Assembly (NCBI GenBank): GCA_043228905.1
Contig: JBHGNT010000015.1
Coordinates: 12,834,001 to 12,898,000 of the forward strand
Direction of reading: 5' to 3'
From: Azolla caroliniana
Taxonomy: Eukaryota; Plantae; Polypodiophyta
Length of the DNA stretch: 64,000 nucleotides
In this document: one piece after another, positions 38,735-52,187 of the stretch
Layout: every line of letters starts with the position of its first letter
Position numbering within the stretch: position 1 is the first letter of the stretch
The notes under the pieces: model-generated
Told to the model about the DNA's origin: nothing
Database searches by the model: none
Seen by the model: only the letters and a program-made list of their open reading frames with translations
Program-made: the position numbers and the translations under genes

Positions 38735-39191
38735 TATGAATCGGTAGCAGTTCGGCTTCGGCTTAACCGGTTTGGCCTTGTCCAAACCAAACCGGTTAAA
38801 ACCCTTAATTAGTTTGGGAGTTTCCAAACTTGTACAGAACCGGTTCTTAAACTGGTTAAGGCTAACAGGTTTGGCCAAGCCAGTTCTCCTAACCCGGCTT
38901 ACGAATCGGTTTGGTTCGGTTTTCACTTCTCCGGTTTGGGAGTTTCCAAACTTGAGCCAAATCGATTCCCAAACTGGTTAAGCCTAAACCGGCTTAGGAA
39001 TCGGTTTAGCCAAGTCAATTAAGCCTTAACCGGTTTGGTCCAATTTGGTTCGGTTCAGTTCGGCTTGAGCCATCCCAAACCAAGCTCAAACGGTTAAGGA
39101 AGCACAAGCCTAAACCAAACCAAACCGCCAAATCGTTTGAAATAGTTTAACGATTTGATTTAGGCTTGAGCCGAGTCGTTGCCAATTCCTA
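38735..39191. mobile_element. Degenerate MITE (hAT-like) upstream of RAD23
   Basis: Imperfect TIRs: TATGAATCGGTAGCAGTTCGGCT versus right-end reverse complement TAGGAATTGGCAACGACTCGGCT. Interior is packed with AAACCGG/GGTTCGG motifs. The 8-bp flanks match only partly (ATCAATGT / ATCATCAT). Confidence 0.55.
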
Positions 39192-40297
39192 ATCATCATC
39201 ATCATGGTGTTCTTATTGCCACTCTCTGTCATTCGATCACAATAACTGATGTGTTATGGGCTCGATTCATCACGCACAAGAAGGGTGTATTCCTTGCATC
39301 GTTGAACCACAACTTGCAAATGTATATATACGACTTGATGTTGAATTGTTCAAGCTCAGTTTTTCAAAGTTCTATAATTCCTTTTTATACTCGTGCTCCT
39401 AAAGTACACCGTTAAGCTTTGAATCAACTTTTGTTTCACCCTGTTGAATATGATATGCAGAAGAATATGTGAGGACCTACAAGGTGATGTCAGGCAAACA
39501 ATGTGTGCAAGATAGAGAAGTAAAATATGCACAATATGAAGAAAAGTAAGAAGCACGATAACTCAGATGAAGCTCTAATGGAAACTTGTTATTCTCTTTT
39601 GTAATTCTCTCACTACAATGTTACATTTGGGCATATATATAATCAAGCCCTAACTTGAGGACGTGTTCACACTTAAGTATACAATTTGGAAGGAGTTGGC
39701 CTTTTATGCCAACAAACTCCCCCATAAAAGGGCTACTCTTCCTATGTATACAAGTAATTTGGGTTATCTCCCCCGTGAACTTAGATTACAAATTTGATCT
39801 ATAGTTACAAGTGTATACATATAGGGTAGTCGGCATTCGGTCGAATCTACAATGGTAAAGTTGGGATATATTTTGACTCAGCTAGTCATTCGGATCATAT
39901 ATCATCCGAGTTAGTTAGTTAGTTTGGATCGGCTCATGTTCGATTCCGACTCTTGGCCTTTGGTCAATCGCATGCTTCCTGCTCGCGCTTGCTCCTATGC
40001 TCCCCGCTAGATCCTCAATCGGTCCTTAGCTCCGCTTGCCCCTCGATCTTCTCCTCTCCAGTCAGTCGATCTCCTTGCAGTTGATTGCGTCTTTAACCTC
40101 TCAACATTCTGGCTCTCTTGACTTTGCATTTTTTGCTCGTTTGGTCGGGCTGATCTTCAACTTATCTATTGTGATTGTTTGTCCAACTCTCTTCTACTCA
40201 GGTTCTTGTCGTAGTCCTATCGTTGTCCTCAATGCTCCGAAGTGTTGTTTTGGGAGTGGCTTTGTTAGGCAAATGACGATGTTCACCTTAGTATCTA

Positions 40298-42674
40298 AGA
40301 CATTTGCGTTCAAAAGTGGAAGGATTGTGCATTCCATTATTAGATTCATTTTATAATCTTGTGATTTTAGGCAAATTCAAAAAGTTGATAACACTAGTAT
40401 CACATTTCGTAAATAACATATAAAATTTGCTGATTTTTTGAGATTTAAAAAGTGTCAAAATGATAATTTCTAAAATTCAATAGTTTTTCGATAAATGTTT
40501 AAACATTGAATGTCTACTAGTATGAAATGTAGTTAACTTAAGGAAAATCGCAATGGTTAACTCAAATCACAAGTTAAGATTAATGGTTTCACTATCTTGA
40601 AGAGATGTAGGTTCCTGAAGTGTCATCAACATCTATAAATTTAGTGCTCATCAACATCCGTAAATTCAGAACTCCAAAAATGTAGACAATATTCATGAAC
40701 TATCAAACCTAGATGTGAACATTAATATATCATTGGAACATATCACATAACTCTCCTCTTCTTCCTTTTGAGAACTCTCCTCCAAAAATTGTGAAGTAGT
40801 ATCTAATCCACACAGGTTGGCAACGGTAAGGTCCTTTACTAGCTCGTCGTCAAAATCAATAAGCTCTTTAAGTTCACCAGCTAATGGAGCAATTGGTTCA
40901 TGTGATGCATGGTGAAAACGTTATGACTTTAATCATCATGTGAATGAAACGCACTTGCTCATCCAACTTTTGTCAGTGTAAAGTCATACACAATGATTAC
41001 CATCAAATTATTTTTAAAACAGAGATTTCAGTACAATTCGATACTAAGGTTCAAAGTGTTTTCATCACAATTTGATTTTTAGTATCGAATTCAAGTTTAA
41101 AGTTTTTAGTTTAGTTTATTTTATTTTTTTTGAGAAAAAAAAACTTCAAACCTAAATTCGATACTTAGTATCGAGTTCAGGTTTTAAGTATTTATTTATT
41201 TATTTTCATAAGTATCAAATTGTGATGAAAAATCATCACAATTTGAAACCTGAATTTAATACTAAGTATCGAGTTTAGGTTTAAAGTATTTATTTATTTT
41301 CGTAAGTATCGAATTGTGATGAAAAATCATCACAATTCGAAACTTGAATTCAATACTAAGTGTCGAATTGTGATGAAAACATCCCATTTGCATCACAATT
41401 CGATACATAGTATCGAATTTAGGTTTACAATTTTTTTTATCATAAAAAAACTATAATTAAAGAAAGTAAAAACTTTGAACGTGAATTCGATACTAAGAAT
41501 CGAATTATGATGAAAACACTTTGAACCTGAGTATTGAATTGTATTGCAATCTTAATTTGTTACATTCTATCGAATTGTACTAAAATCTCTGTTTTTAAAA
41601 TAATTATGTCGATGGTAATAATTGTGTATGACTTTACACTAACAAAAGTTGGACGTTTAAGGATGTGAACGATAAAAATAATAAAAGAGAAATTACCAAG
41701 TCTAGAAAGTGGCTCGGATTGAAGGCAAACAAGATTTAGTGCACATAATTTGGAGACACCATCTGGTTTTAGATGAAGACAATGCTTTGATTGGTATATT
41801 TGAAAATGAGGAGGAAGAGTCACAATTGTTAATAATTAGGTAATTAATTATGGGTTAATTAGTACCTAATTATGTGATTAAGTAGAAGAAGATTATATGA
41901 TGTGTATGTATGTATGTATGTGAGAGTGTGAGAGGAAGAGAGAAAGAACACTTATAAACAACGAGACAAGATGGGGGATGATTAACTATATTATAAAGTA
42001 GTATCAAATACAAAAATACCCATAATAAGGTATATATACATCTCATGTGGAAAGGTGCACATGTGTGAGTAAAATATAGGTACAAAGGTGTAAGTCCTAT
42101 ATTAAATGAGCATAGGAGTGGAGGATCTATAATGTATCCCACTCAAGTACAAAATCCTAATTACGACTTTAAGGTCAACACACTAACTAGATTCTATCTA
42201 GGTAACTATTAAGTTACATGTGTTGGCAAGCTAACTAAATCTAGTTGAGCTTGATATCTCGATAACTATAATAGTGACTCTCATGAAAGGAATGATCATA
42301 GTGATACAAATAACTCCTGAATATATATTTTGTGCAACGATATGTAACAGATTTAGACAACATTTTATTCAATGATATACAAAAGCTAATTGTTTTAAAA
42401 TATTTAGATTTAGATTTCTTTAAAATCTAAAAAATTATTAGTTGTCCTTTTTCCTTAAAAATACACAATGTTACTTTTCGTATTTGATGAAATTTTGACA
42501 TTTTCCAGTTTTACCAAATAGTGAAAATTTCAACTTTTTCATCAACTTTTTGAGAACATGTGATCTTGATATCAAGGTGTTTTGTGAAATGGCAAAAAAT
42601 GCCCCAAAATCAGACGAAATATTCCTTATCCTTCCATTTGTACGCGATTCTTCCACTTGTGAACGCGAACATGT
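40298..42674. mobile_element. Non-autonomous TIR DNA transposon inside Copia D
   Basis: TIR AGACATTTGCGTTCAAAAGTGGAAGGATTG versus right-end reverse complement ACATGTTCGCGTTCACAAGTGGAAGAATCG. Flanked by TATCTA at 40292-40297 and 42675-42680. Removing it restores colinearity with the related Copia E at about 50870-50890. Confidence 0.8.
40960..41655. mobile_element. Foldback/palindromic MITE-like element
   Basis: catccaacttttgtcagtgtaaagtcatacacaat.. is mirrored by ..attgtgtatgactttacactaacaaaagttggacg. The arms extend inward through repeats of tcacaattcgatact/agtatcgaatt. No TSD found. Confidence 0.75.
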
Positions 42675-45600
42675 TATCTATCTTCTAGACTTCGAGCTTC
42701 TTCTATGTTACGAGCTCCTGGATGTGATGGTACCGCACCTCAATGCATTTCGTCTTCTCATGGTAAACAAGGTTCCGAATGAGGTGTATTGCATTTTGTG
42801 AGTCACAATAAATGGTCAGTGATGGATGGTCGATTTTGCTTTTTGACATAACCAAATTGCTTCATTCACTACTTCTGATGCAACAATGTACTCGGCCTCT
42901 ATGGTCGACAAGGCCATGTACTCTTGCAAATTAGACCTCCATGATATGACACCTCTACCATAGGTGAATATATATCCTAATGTCGACTTCTGATTGTCTA
43001 GATTGTTGACGTAATCAGAGTTTGTGTAGCCTTTGACTTCGGTCGGATTGTCGATATGAAAATCAATTGTACATCTTTGGTTCCTCACAAATACTTGAAG
43101 TTGTGTTTGACAACCTCCCAGTGCTTCCATCCTAGGTTCAACATGTACTAGCGACGACCCCTTACGACATATGCAAGGTCAGGTCGGGTCGCCACCATTG
43201 CGTACATGATACTTCCTACGACTGATGCATAGCGTATCTTTCCATTGAGCTCTCCTCATAAGTTGAAGGAGACTCCATGTCTGTTAGTCATGTTGACATC
43301 GGGAGCAGAGTCAATGGCAACTTAGCGTTCTCCATGTGAAACCTTCTAAGCACCTTTTAGATGTAATCAGATTGGGAGAGTTGGAGATCTTCGTCATCCG
43401 ATTTTGCTCAATCATCATGCCCAAGATATGTCGGGCTTGTCCAAGTTCCTTCATCGAAAATTTATCGTAAAGGCTCCGCTTTAGTCTTCTGATTTTTGCT
43501 TGATTGCTCCCTGCAATCAACATTTTGTCGACATACAAGATCATGTAGATCCAGGACTCGTTGACCAGTTGTCGGATGTACATGCATGGGTCGAAGTTCG
43601 ACCGACTGTAGCTGAGCTACCGGATGTAGGTATCGAACTTCTGATACCACATTCTCGGCGTTTGCTTGAGGCCATATAGGCTCTTATTTAGTTTGTAGAT
43701 GAGACAACCTTGCTCCCCCGTCACCGTGAAGCATGCTGGTTGAGAAATGTAGATGTCTTCGTCAAGATCTCCATGTAGGAAGGTCGTTTTGACGTCAAGC
43801 TGCTCAAGCTCTAGGTCGTTCGTCGTCACCTAAGGGTGGTTATTTTGACTATTGGCAAGAAGATCTCATCATAGTCAACCCCATGTTCCTGTTTGAAACC
43901 TTTGGCGACGAGCCGAGCTTTGTACTTGGGTCGTTCCGAACCAGATACATATTTGTTTTGGTAGACCCATTTGCACGATAGTGGCTTCCGTCCAACTAGT
44001 AGTTCGACCAACTCCCATGTCTTGTTCGCATGTTCGAGTCCATCTTGGATCTCATGGCTTCGAGCCATGTGTCAGCATTCGGTGAGACTACAACTTCCTC
44101 GTACAAGCTGGGTTTGCCTACATTCGTATAATTGACGTAGTCAAGGCCTAGTTGATAAAACTCTGTTGGTTATCTAACTCGTCCAGATTTCTAAAATACG
44201 ATTTCAGTGATGTTGAATCATCCTCCCCTTCTTCGGGATCAATTGACAGAGGGATTGGTGCCTTGGTCGGTTTGGATTGGTCTTTCGGCACCTTGGGTGA
44301 TTTGGTCAATTTGACTATGTCTACTTCAACTCTATCTATATCAACTCTGCCTTTTTCGGTTGTGCCTAGGTTGAACGATTCGGCTCTTGCCGATGCAGCC
44401 CTTTGGTTTTATCGGCTCTTCTTGATTTTCCCTCTTCAACCCATTCAACTATTTTTGCTGATTAGGCCCTTGTCGACCTTTTAGTCGAATCGAATTCAAC
44501 TAATGGACCTTTAACTAATTCGGGTTCGATAGGGGGGTCGCTAGCTTGGTCGTCTTCAATTGTTTGTCGAGTCTCTGATTCACCTAGTCGGCTGGCCCTT
44601 CTTCGACCGATTTATCAAGGTCAAATGAGACCTTTCTAGATATTTTCTTTCATTGTGTTCAGTTAGAGAGTATTGAGTCTTCATTGAAAACCACGTTGCT
44701 GCTCCGGATCAATTTCCAGTTCTCTGTATCCCATAGCCGATAGTTGAAGTCACCGTTTATGTCGTAGCCAAGAAATATACACTTAAGTGCATGGGGTGCT
44801 AGCTTGGTATTCTTATCCTTGGGGATGAATAAGTAGGCTTTGCATCCGAATGTACGAAGCCTATCGTAGGTCAGCTTTTTGCCAGACCATAGTGCATGTG
44901 GCACTTTGAGCCGGATTGCTCTTGATGGTGAGAGATTGATCAAATAAACATCCATTTACAACGCTTCAGCCCAAAATTCCAGCTTTAGTTCAAATTGTTG
45001 GAGCATTGTCGTCACTCTCTGCTGGACCGTTCGATTGATCCGTTCCGCCACATCGTTTTGCATGGGAGTGTAAGGAATGATCTTTTGGTGCTGAATCCCT
45101 TTTTCAGACAGCTATTGTTTGAACGTTCGGGAGGTGTATTCACTTCCGTTGTTAGACTAGAGTGTCTTCACTCGGTGAACTAATCGGTTCTCTACTTCGG
45201 CTGACCACCGAGAGAAGACGTCGAGCGCTTCATCTTTCGACCTAATCGAGTAGGCCTAGACCTTCCGTGTAGAGTCATCTACGAATGTGATGAAGTACCG
45301 AGAGCCTCGTAGTGACCTTTCAAGCATCGACCCACAGATATCGGTGTGGACCAGTTCTAGGGGCTATCGTATTGTCTCATAATGGAGAGAGTGTGAACTT
45401 TGGATCTATTTCCCATAATTACAAGGCTCACAGAATTCTGTCTTTGTCTAGAGCTTTGAGATGTAGCCGATTGCAATAAGTCGGCCCAATCCGGCTTGTG
45501 ACATATGGCTGAGTTGGCCATGCCATAAGTTCGATTATGACGAATCGGCTACGTTCACATCATGATCGCCATCAATGGGTACAAGTTGTTGTACTTGTAT

Positions 45601-48600
45601 CCAAAGTCGATTTTCATATTTCCTTAAACTTGGTGCAGGATGATTGAATTGTCGTTCGACAATTGAATGGGGATCTTGCCGATCCCTGCTATTACGCAGT
45701 CTTGCCCATTGCCGAATCGAACTATGCCGCGGGCCTTAGTTGAATAGTTCGAAAACTATTCGATTTTGGGGGTCACGTGAAAAGTGGCGCTCGAGTCCAA
45801 CAACCATGTTGGTGTGTCATGCGCTAGGACTTCTCCGATTGTAGACTCCTCCACATAAAGGATTTCTCCCAATCGGGAGTCAACAACATTTACTTGGTTG
45901 CCAGTAGTAGACGGTTCGAATTAGAGTGTCCTTGTGTCCGATCGAATCGCCCACCGTTTTCCCTTATTTTTATTGACAAGCAGTCGAAGCATTGTGACTA
46001 GTTTTTCTGCAATGGGCGTAGAAAACACTTGATCGACTATTCCTCGACTTCGACTGTTGTCAACTATTCCTCCTTCTCAACTTTCTGTTGTTCGTTGTCG
46101 CCGAACAACAAGGTCACTCTAATACCAATTGTTGAATATAATATGCAGAAGAATATGTGAGAACTTGCAAGGTGATGTTAGACAAACAATGTGTGCAAGA
46201 CAGAGAAGTAGAATATGCACAATATGAAGAAAAGTAAGTAGCAAGATAACTCAAATGAAGCTCTAATGGAAACTTGTTATTTTATAACTCTCTCACTACA
46301 ATGTTACATTTGGGCTTATATATATAATCAAGCCTAACTTGGGGACGTGTTCACACTTAAGGATACAATTTGGAAAGAGTCGGCCTTTTATGCCAATGCA
46401 CCCGTTGTGTGGTGTTGTTTCTAAAATGGCTCTTGATGTTCAATGTGGAAGCTGGTTTAAGCAAAAGAAGCCAAGAATATTAAATCTTTCATTTGGCCCA
46501 CTACAATAACAAAAATATTTGTCGACACCCAAAAAAGGTTCAATCATATGTTTCTTTTTCTCTCATTATCGATATGCTCCCTTTGGCCCATTGACAAGTC
46601 ATGCTTTATCTTGAGGCATTCACCTATTAACTCGAGACATTCAAGTCATCTTATTTGTGATAATTGTTGATAATATTTGCGGTGTTATTCATCCCAACGA
46701 ATTTGAATTCAAAAAATAAAAGAGGACAATGGAGATAACATTAGTCTCATGTATTACACATAGGGATCTAATGTCGATGAAGTGACATTTATTTCTTCTC
46801 TATTGAGAAACAAAATTGGGCCCTGGGCTTTTAGATATTCATTCTAAACTTGATCCTTTACTCCTAAGACATGTTATAGACTTTTTGGGCACTTGTTATG
46901 TAGTTCATGAGTTTTACCTATTGATTTAAATTTTTGACCATTGAAATCAACATCAACGTTGTACCAAATGTATGGCTATCACTCGAGGGATCATTATATA
47001 TGTAAACCATTCTATATAATGTGTGATTAAGTTTTGTTTAAAACACCAAATTTCGAAGTTTTCATGAGTTAAATATACTCCCTTTATCATTCATTCAATC
47101 CATAGTTACACCTTCACACCTTTGAATATATGATTAATGTATATAGAAATAGAATTTTTAAATACCTCTCTTGAGCTCATGTGATAGAATTATGCATTTT
47201 ATAGCCCCTCCCCAATGAGTGGCACTTCTTATTGCAATGATTAATTGGAAGGCACTATTGTTGATCTATATATTTGACAATTCTTGTGAGCATCACATAC
47301 TACTCAATGATGCATTAATTTCTCATTTATTGCCTTTATGCAAGATTTACATGTTGTAAGGGCTGAGATGAAACATGTCTTTCATTTGACCTTGAGGCAT
47401 TTTGAATTTCATGGAGGAACTTGCATTGCCAATTGTTTCGAAGGTAGATTTTCTTGTCTCCATTAGTAATAACTTAAAAAAAATCATCTACTAAAGCTAA
47501 GGATCATGGGTCTAGTAAAATAGAACATAACGCAAAACTAAATAATGTTGAAACTTTTGTGAAAATTTTGAGGAGCACAAGGATACTACTAGTGATATAT
47601 TCCTTTCAACTAGAAAAGTGTACATTCCTTTTGTAATGACTCTTGATGCACATGAAGTCATGAAGCCTAGTTTGGCATTATATGGCATGCATATAAATGG
47701 TGGATGATTTTCTTGAAGGTTTGGTGCTTTGTTATCCATACAATGGAAATAGATATTTATAGGAATCTAGCTATACTACAATACATAGTTATATTAAAGT
47801 GGTATTTTTCATATCGAAACTTGAGAAATACATTAATTTGTCTTAAGAACATATTAAAAGAATCAAGGGTGATGTGGAATTCGATGTGCACTATCCAATG
47901 GTACTTCGCCTTGTACAAAGGGTTTTGCCAAACATTAATAGAGGAAGAACTCTTGAGCAATATTGTTATTTTATTAATTAGAGTCAATATCTCCACTTTT
48001 AGCTAGTTAATAATGTTTTTTGTAAGATAGAATTTGGTCAACTAAGTGTCAAGGCTTATTCATTTTCTATCATCCTCTTATCTCTTGACCATAGTAGGGC
48101 AATATACTCAACTAGGCTCCTTTTCTTGGATGAGTCTCTACCTTTGAACTAAATGTTGCCCTAAAAGGTGCGACACCTTTTGTCCACACAATGTCTTGTG
48201 TGAATCCTAGGAGCTCATGTACCATGGATATTCTCTATAACATATGAAACAAGGTGTTAGTTATTTGTCGTTTATTAAACAACCAACAACCGCCCTCTTG
48301 AGTGTAGTCTACCAAAAGAGTAGTTCATTTAATGTTGTAGATGGGGCTAGTGTTTGCGTTAGGATTAACAACCCAACCTTAGTTAGAGAAATGGTTAGTT
48401 ATTTGTTTAGATGTATATAAGATAGGACTCAGGAGCTCCAATTGTATCATTCTTTATTGTAAATGTGTTTTGGAAATTTGGCACCATGATTTTACAATAT
48501 AAGTTAATCTATGTTTGTACCATAGTTTTTCGTCTTGATTAACCTTTACATTCTCTATTTTCCATACAACAGTTTTTCGTGATCTTAAAGTTGTAGATGG

Positions 48601-50074
48601 TTTATCGTTTTCATCCAGGAGTTTTGGAAGAGGCGATTTCATTGAAGTTGAATGTGATTCCTTATGAAACTAGTGAAGATGATGTCAAGAATGGGAAGTA
48701 GGAATCTTGGTGGGCCAATTCCACAATCTCTAATAATATTAGACAAGAATCTTCAATAAGACAAACTACACATTGTGAAATTTAAATGGGCCACCATGCT
48801 AAATTTCCATGAATCAAGGACATTGCATTGGTGTTGTGACTATAGGTAGGCGAAACTTGCATGAGAGTCAAAGGTAATTTCATTGATGTCGTTACCTTGT
48901 ATAACTTAGCAAACAATGAAAACGTGATCTATAACAATGAATTGGCTTGGGGGAGGATTTGGGAGATGTTTCACTTTTTGGAAAGGAGACACTATCATTA
49001 TGTGGTGTGCTCATGGGGGGAAAAGCATCAAACTCTAGGTTTATGATGGGTTGAAGGTTAGGATGAAGGTCATACTGAGAAAGAATGTGGCAGGATTTCT
49101 CGAAGATAAATGTGAATTAAGGTAGAAACATTGCCAAAACTTTTAAATTGAGCTTGGAATTGTGAATCAAGAAGGTAGGCAAGAGCAATGATGACAAAAG
49201 GTGGCGTGTTGTTTTGTGTAAATCATGATTGAACAAGGATTGCAAAGAATTTTTTGGCTTGTAAAACTAAGCATGGTGTGCAAATATATGTGAAATCGAC
49301 GAAAGATGGATATCGGAGTTTCACACCAAAGGATTCGACACACCTAGACGAGGGGATCATTGTTAGGGTCGTGAAAGAATTTTCAAGACATGATTCCAAG
49401 ATCTAAGCGAGAAGAATGAATTTCAGATTATAAGAGTCAAATCAATCAAGAAGACTGAGACCAATGTCCGACAAAAGTGGATAGATTTGTGATTTCAATG
49501 AATTTATTTCCTCAAAGGAGGGCCCATCTTCAAGCATTTTAAGGTCAAAGGAAAACTTTCCTCAAACCAAGGAAAGCCCTAGTTCAAGGAAGGTCTATTT
49601 TGAGGAAGTCAACATTGCCGCTAAAATGCCATGTCAGCTACCCCATGTCAACTAGTACATTAGTTGCCACATTACCCTGCCCCATCATCTACCAACATTT
49701 AAGACCCTAGCCTCAAACTTTAAAACCCCTTTCTTATTTCCCAAAATACAAGAGCCAAAGTTCAATGACATATGGTACAACCTGGAAATTGTGGTACAAT
49801 GACATATGGTGGGCCAAAGTTCAAAATTGCATGCACTTGGTTAATTAGGCATGTGACAAGTGCCAATGCATGAGTTAGGTAAGAAATGTTCCTTGTACTT
49901 CAAAAGGGCTTGATTGCATGCTACTTTGCGAAGAATAACACTCTCCACACTCCTACAATGTAATAAAAAGAGGCCTCTTCCATTGCATGATACTCTCTGA
50001 AGTATAACACTCTCTACACTCCTTGAAGGTTGAATATGTGCCTTGAGTCGACTGATGTGTGATTGGTCGACTTG

Positions 50075-52187
50075 TGTGGAATATGAATATGGATCTTGTT
50101 AATGGGAATGAGCAAGCATGTAGACAAGTAGAATAGAAGGTGCATTGTTTAATCTCAACAAAGATATACAAGAGAGGTGGAGAAAGATAGTTACATAGTT
50201 AGAGTATGAGAATGAGACTAATACTATTCAAAATCCCGCCGAACTGTATTACAAGACTTATTCCCATATATTTATACTTAGGGCAACTAAGCCCTAACTC
50301 CCTTAGGAAGTGTTCACACTAAGAAGATACAACATGGGTAGAGTGGGACTTTTATCCCAACAAACTCCCTTGTAAAATGACTTTTTATTTATTTTTAGTA
50401 ACGCTTTTATTACCCTTGTAAAATGACTACTTATAATAATGTAGGGGTGATCTCCCTTGTAAACTTTAAATACAATTTCAATTTGAATTACAATTTGAAT
50501 TTACAAGTGAAGGGGCTAATTCTCAAATCAGAAGTGGTCGAATCAGGTTGGGTCGGTACTTTAGTCCTATGGCCTTTAGCCCTTCTATCTTGGAATTTCG
50601 ACCCTTCGGCTTGGTCAACTCATTGGATCTCTGGCTCAATCAACTGACTTGGCTTTCAGTATTCTTTCCCCCTTTCGACCCTTTTGGTCCTGTGATCGGC
50701 TTTTGGCTTTTTTAGCCCTTCAATTATCTTTCGGCCTTTTGGCTCCTTTGGGTTCTATGGGTTATTCGGCCTCCATGTTCTACTCAGATTGATATAGTCC
50801 CATTTGGCTCCTTAGTGCTCTAAAGTGGTGATCCAGGAGCGGCTTCGCTAGGCTATCGACGATGTTCACCTTGGTATCGACTTTTCAGACTTCAAGATTT
50901 TGATCAGTGACAAACTCCTGAATATGATGATACCTCACCTCTATGTGCTTCGTCTTCGAGTGATAAATGGGGCTCTGCACAAGAATCCAAGATGAATTGC
51001 ACTCTGTAAGTCACAATACAAGGCCGGAGTATTTTGGACGATTTGTCTCTTAGCCGAAAAGTCAGCCAATAGCCGTTGCAACCAAATTGCTTCCATTGCT
51101 GCCTCCAACGTGAAAATGTATTTGGCCTTTGTTGTAGAGAGTGTCGTACATTCTTGGAGTTTCGACCTCCATGAAATTGCTCCACCTCCGTAGGTGAAAA
51201 CGTAGCCTGACGTTGACTTCTGATTGTCGAGATTGCCGACATAATCGGAGTTGGTGAGGCCTTCAACTTTGGTCGGATGATTAGAGCCGAATGTCATATG
51301 CATACTCTCGGTTCCCCGAAGGTATCTGAATATGTGTTTCATTGCTTCCTAGTGCTTCTTTCCGAGATTAGACATGTAGCGACTGGTAGCTCCTACGACA
51401 TATGCAAGCTCGGGATGAGTGGCTACGATCGCATACATGCATAGGGAATATGTCACATTGGCTCTTTCTCAACCTCTATGGAGGGAGATTCTCTGCCCAA
51501 TAGTTGGATACACATCGGGAGCGGTGTCAGTGCGGGCTTCAACATATCCATGTTGAATCGTCTTAGCACTTTTCGGATGTAGTTGGATTGGGAGAGTTGT
51601 AGGATCTTCTTTGTCCTGTCTCACTCTATCCTCATCCCAAGTTGTGTCAGGCCTCTCTGAGTTCCTTCATCGGGATTTTCTCGTGAAGTTCTTGCTTTAG
51701 CTTCCTAAATTTGGCCCTATCACTCCTTGCGATGTCGTCAACGTAAAGGATCAGGTATATCTTGGACTCATTGGATAATTCCCGAACATACATACAAGGT
51801 TTGGAGTCGGACCGGTTGTATCCAAGCTACCGATTGTGGGAATTGAATTTTTGGTACCAAAATCTCCACAACTGTTTCAAGCCGTAAAGTCTTTTCTTCA
51901 GTCGGCATACAAAGTGATTCTCCTCCCCCGTTGCTGTGAAGCTTGCTCGTTGAGACATATGGATGTCTTCCTCTAAATCTCTGTGTAGGAAAGTTGCTTT
52001 TACGTCCATTTGTTCAAGATCTAGATCTTTGGTCACAATGACTCCTAAGTGGGACTGAAGGATCGTCATCTTGATTAAGGGAGAGAAAATCTCATCGTAG
52101 TGGATGTCATGTTCTTGTTTCTATCCCTTCACGACGAGTTGAGCTTTATAGTTGGGTGGATCCAAACAAGATAGATATTTGTATCTA
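50075..52187 (-). mobile_element. Copia element E (related to D): 3' LTR, RH and RT; cut by F
   Basis: LTR about 50075-50362 followed by aactccc (PPT reverse complement). RH GGGAISWRSKLQ..LSTTKAKY, RT QMDVKATFLH..LYGLKQ. Confidence 0.8.

Larger units (their letters stand above)
39442..46398 (-). mobile_element. Copia element D: both LTRs and TSD, degenerate, most of gag deleted
   Basis: LTRs 39442-39714 and 46130-46398. TSD CACCC at 39437-39441 and 46399-46403. PBS TGGTATTAGAGT at 46116-46127. PPT next to 39715. Fragments: PR WLLDSSAT, IN, RT QLDVKTTFLHG/LYVDKML, RH WRSNLQ..LSTIEAEY. The PBS is followed almost directly by the zinc knuckle. Confidence 0.92.

Noticed and set aside
41827-42180. 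Possible solo LTR (TGTT..AACA) inside the TIR element
   Set aside because: No TSD and no matching LTR in the window.
46404-50074. AT-rich region with coding-like fragments
   Set aside because: Probably very old TE debris; no motif could be assigned with confidence.
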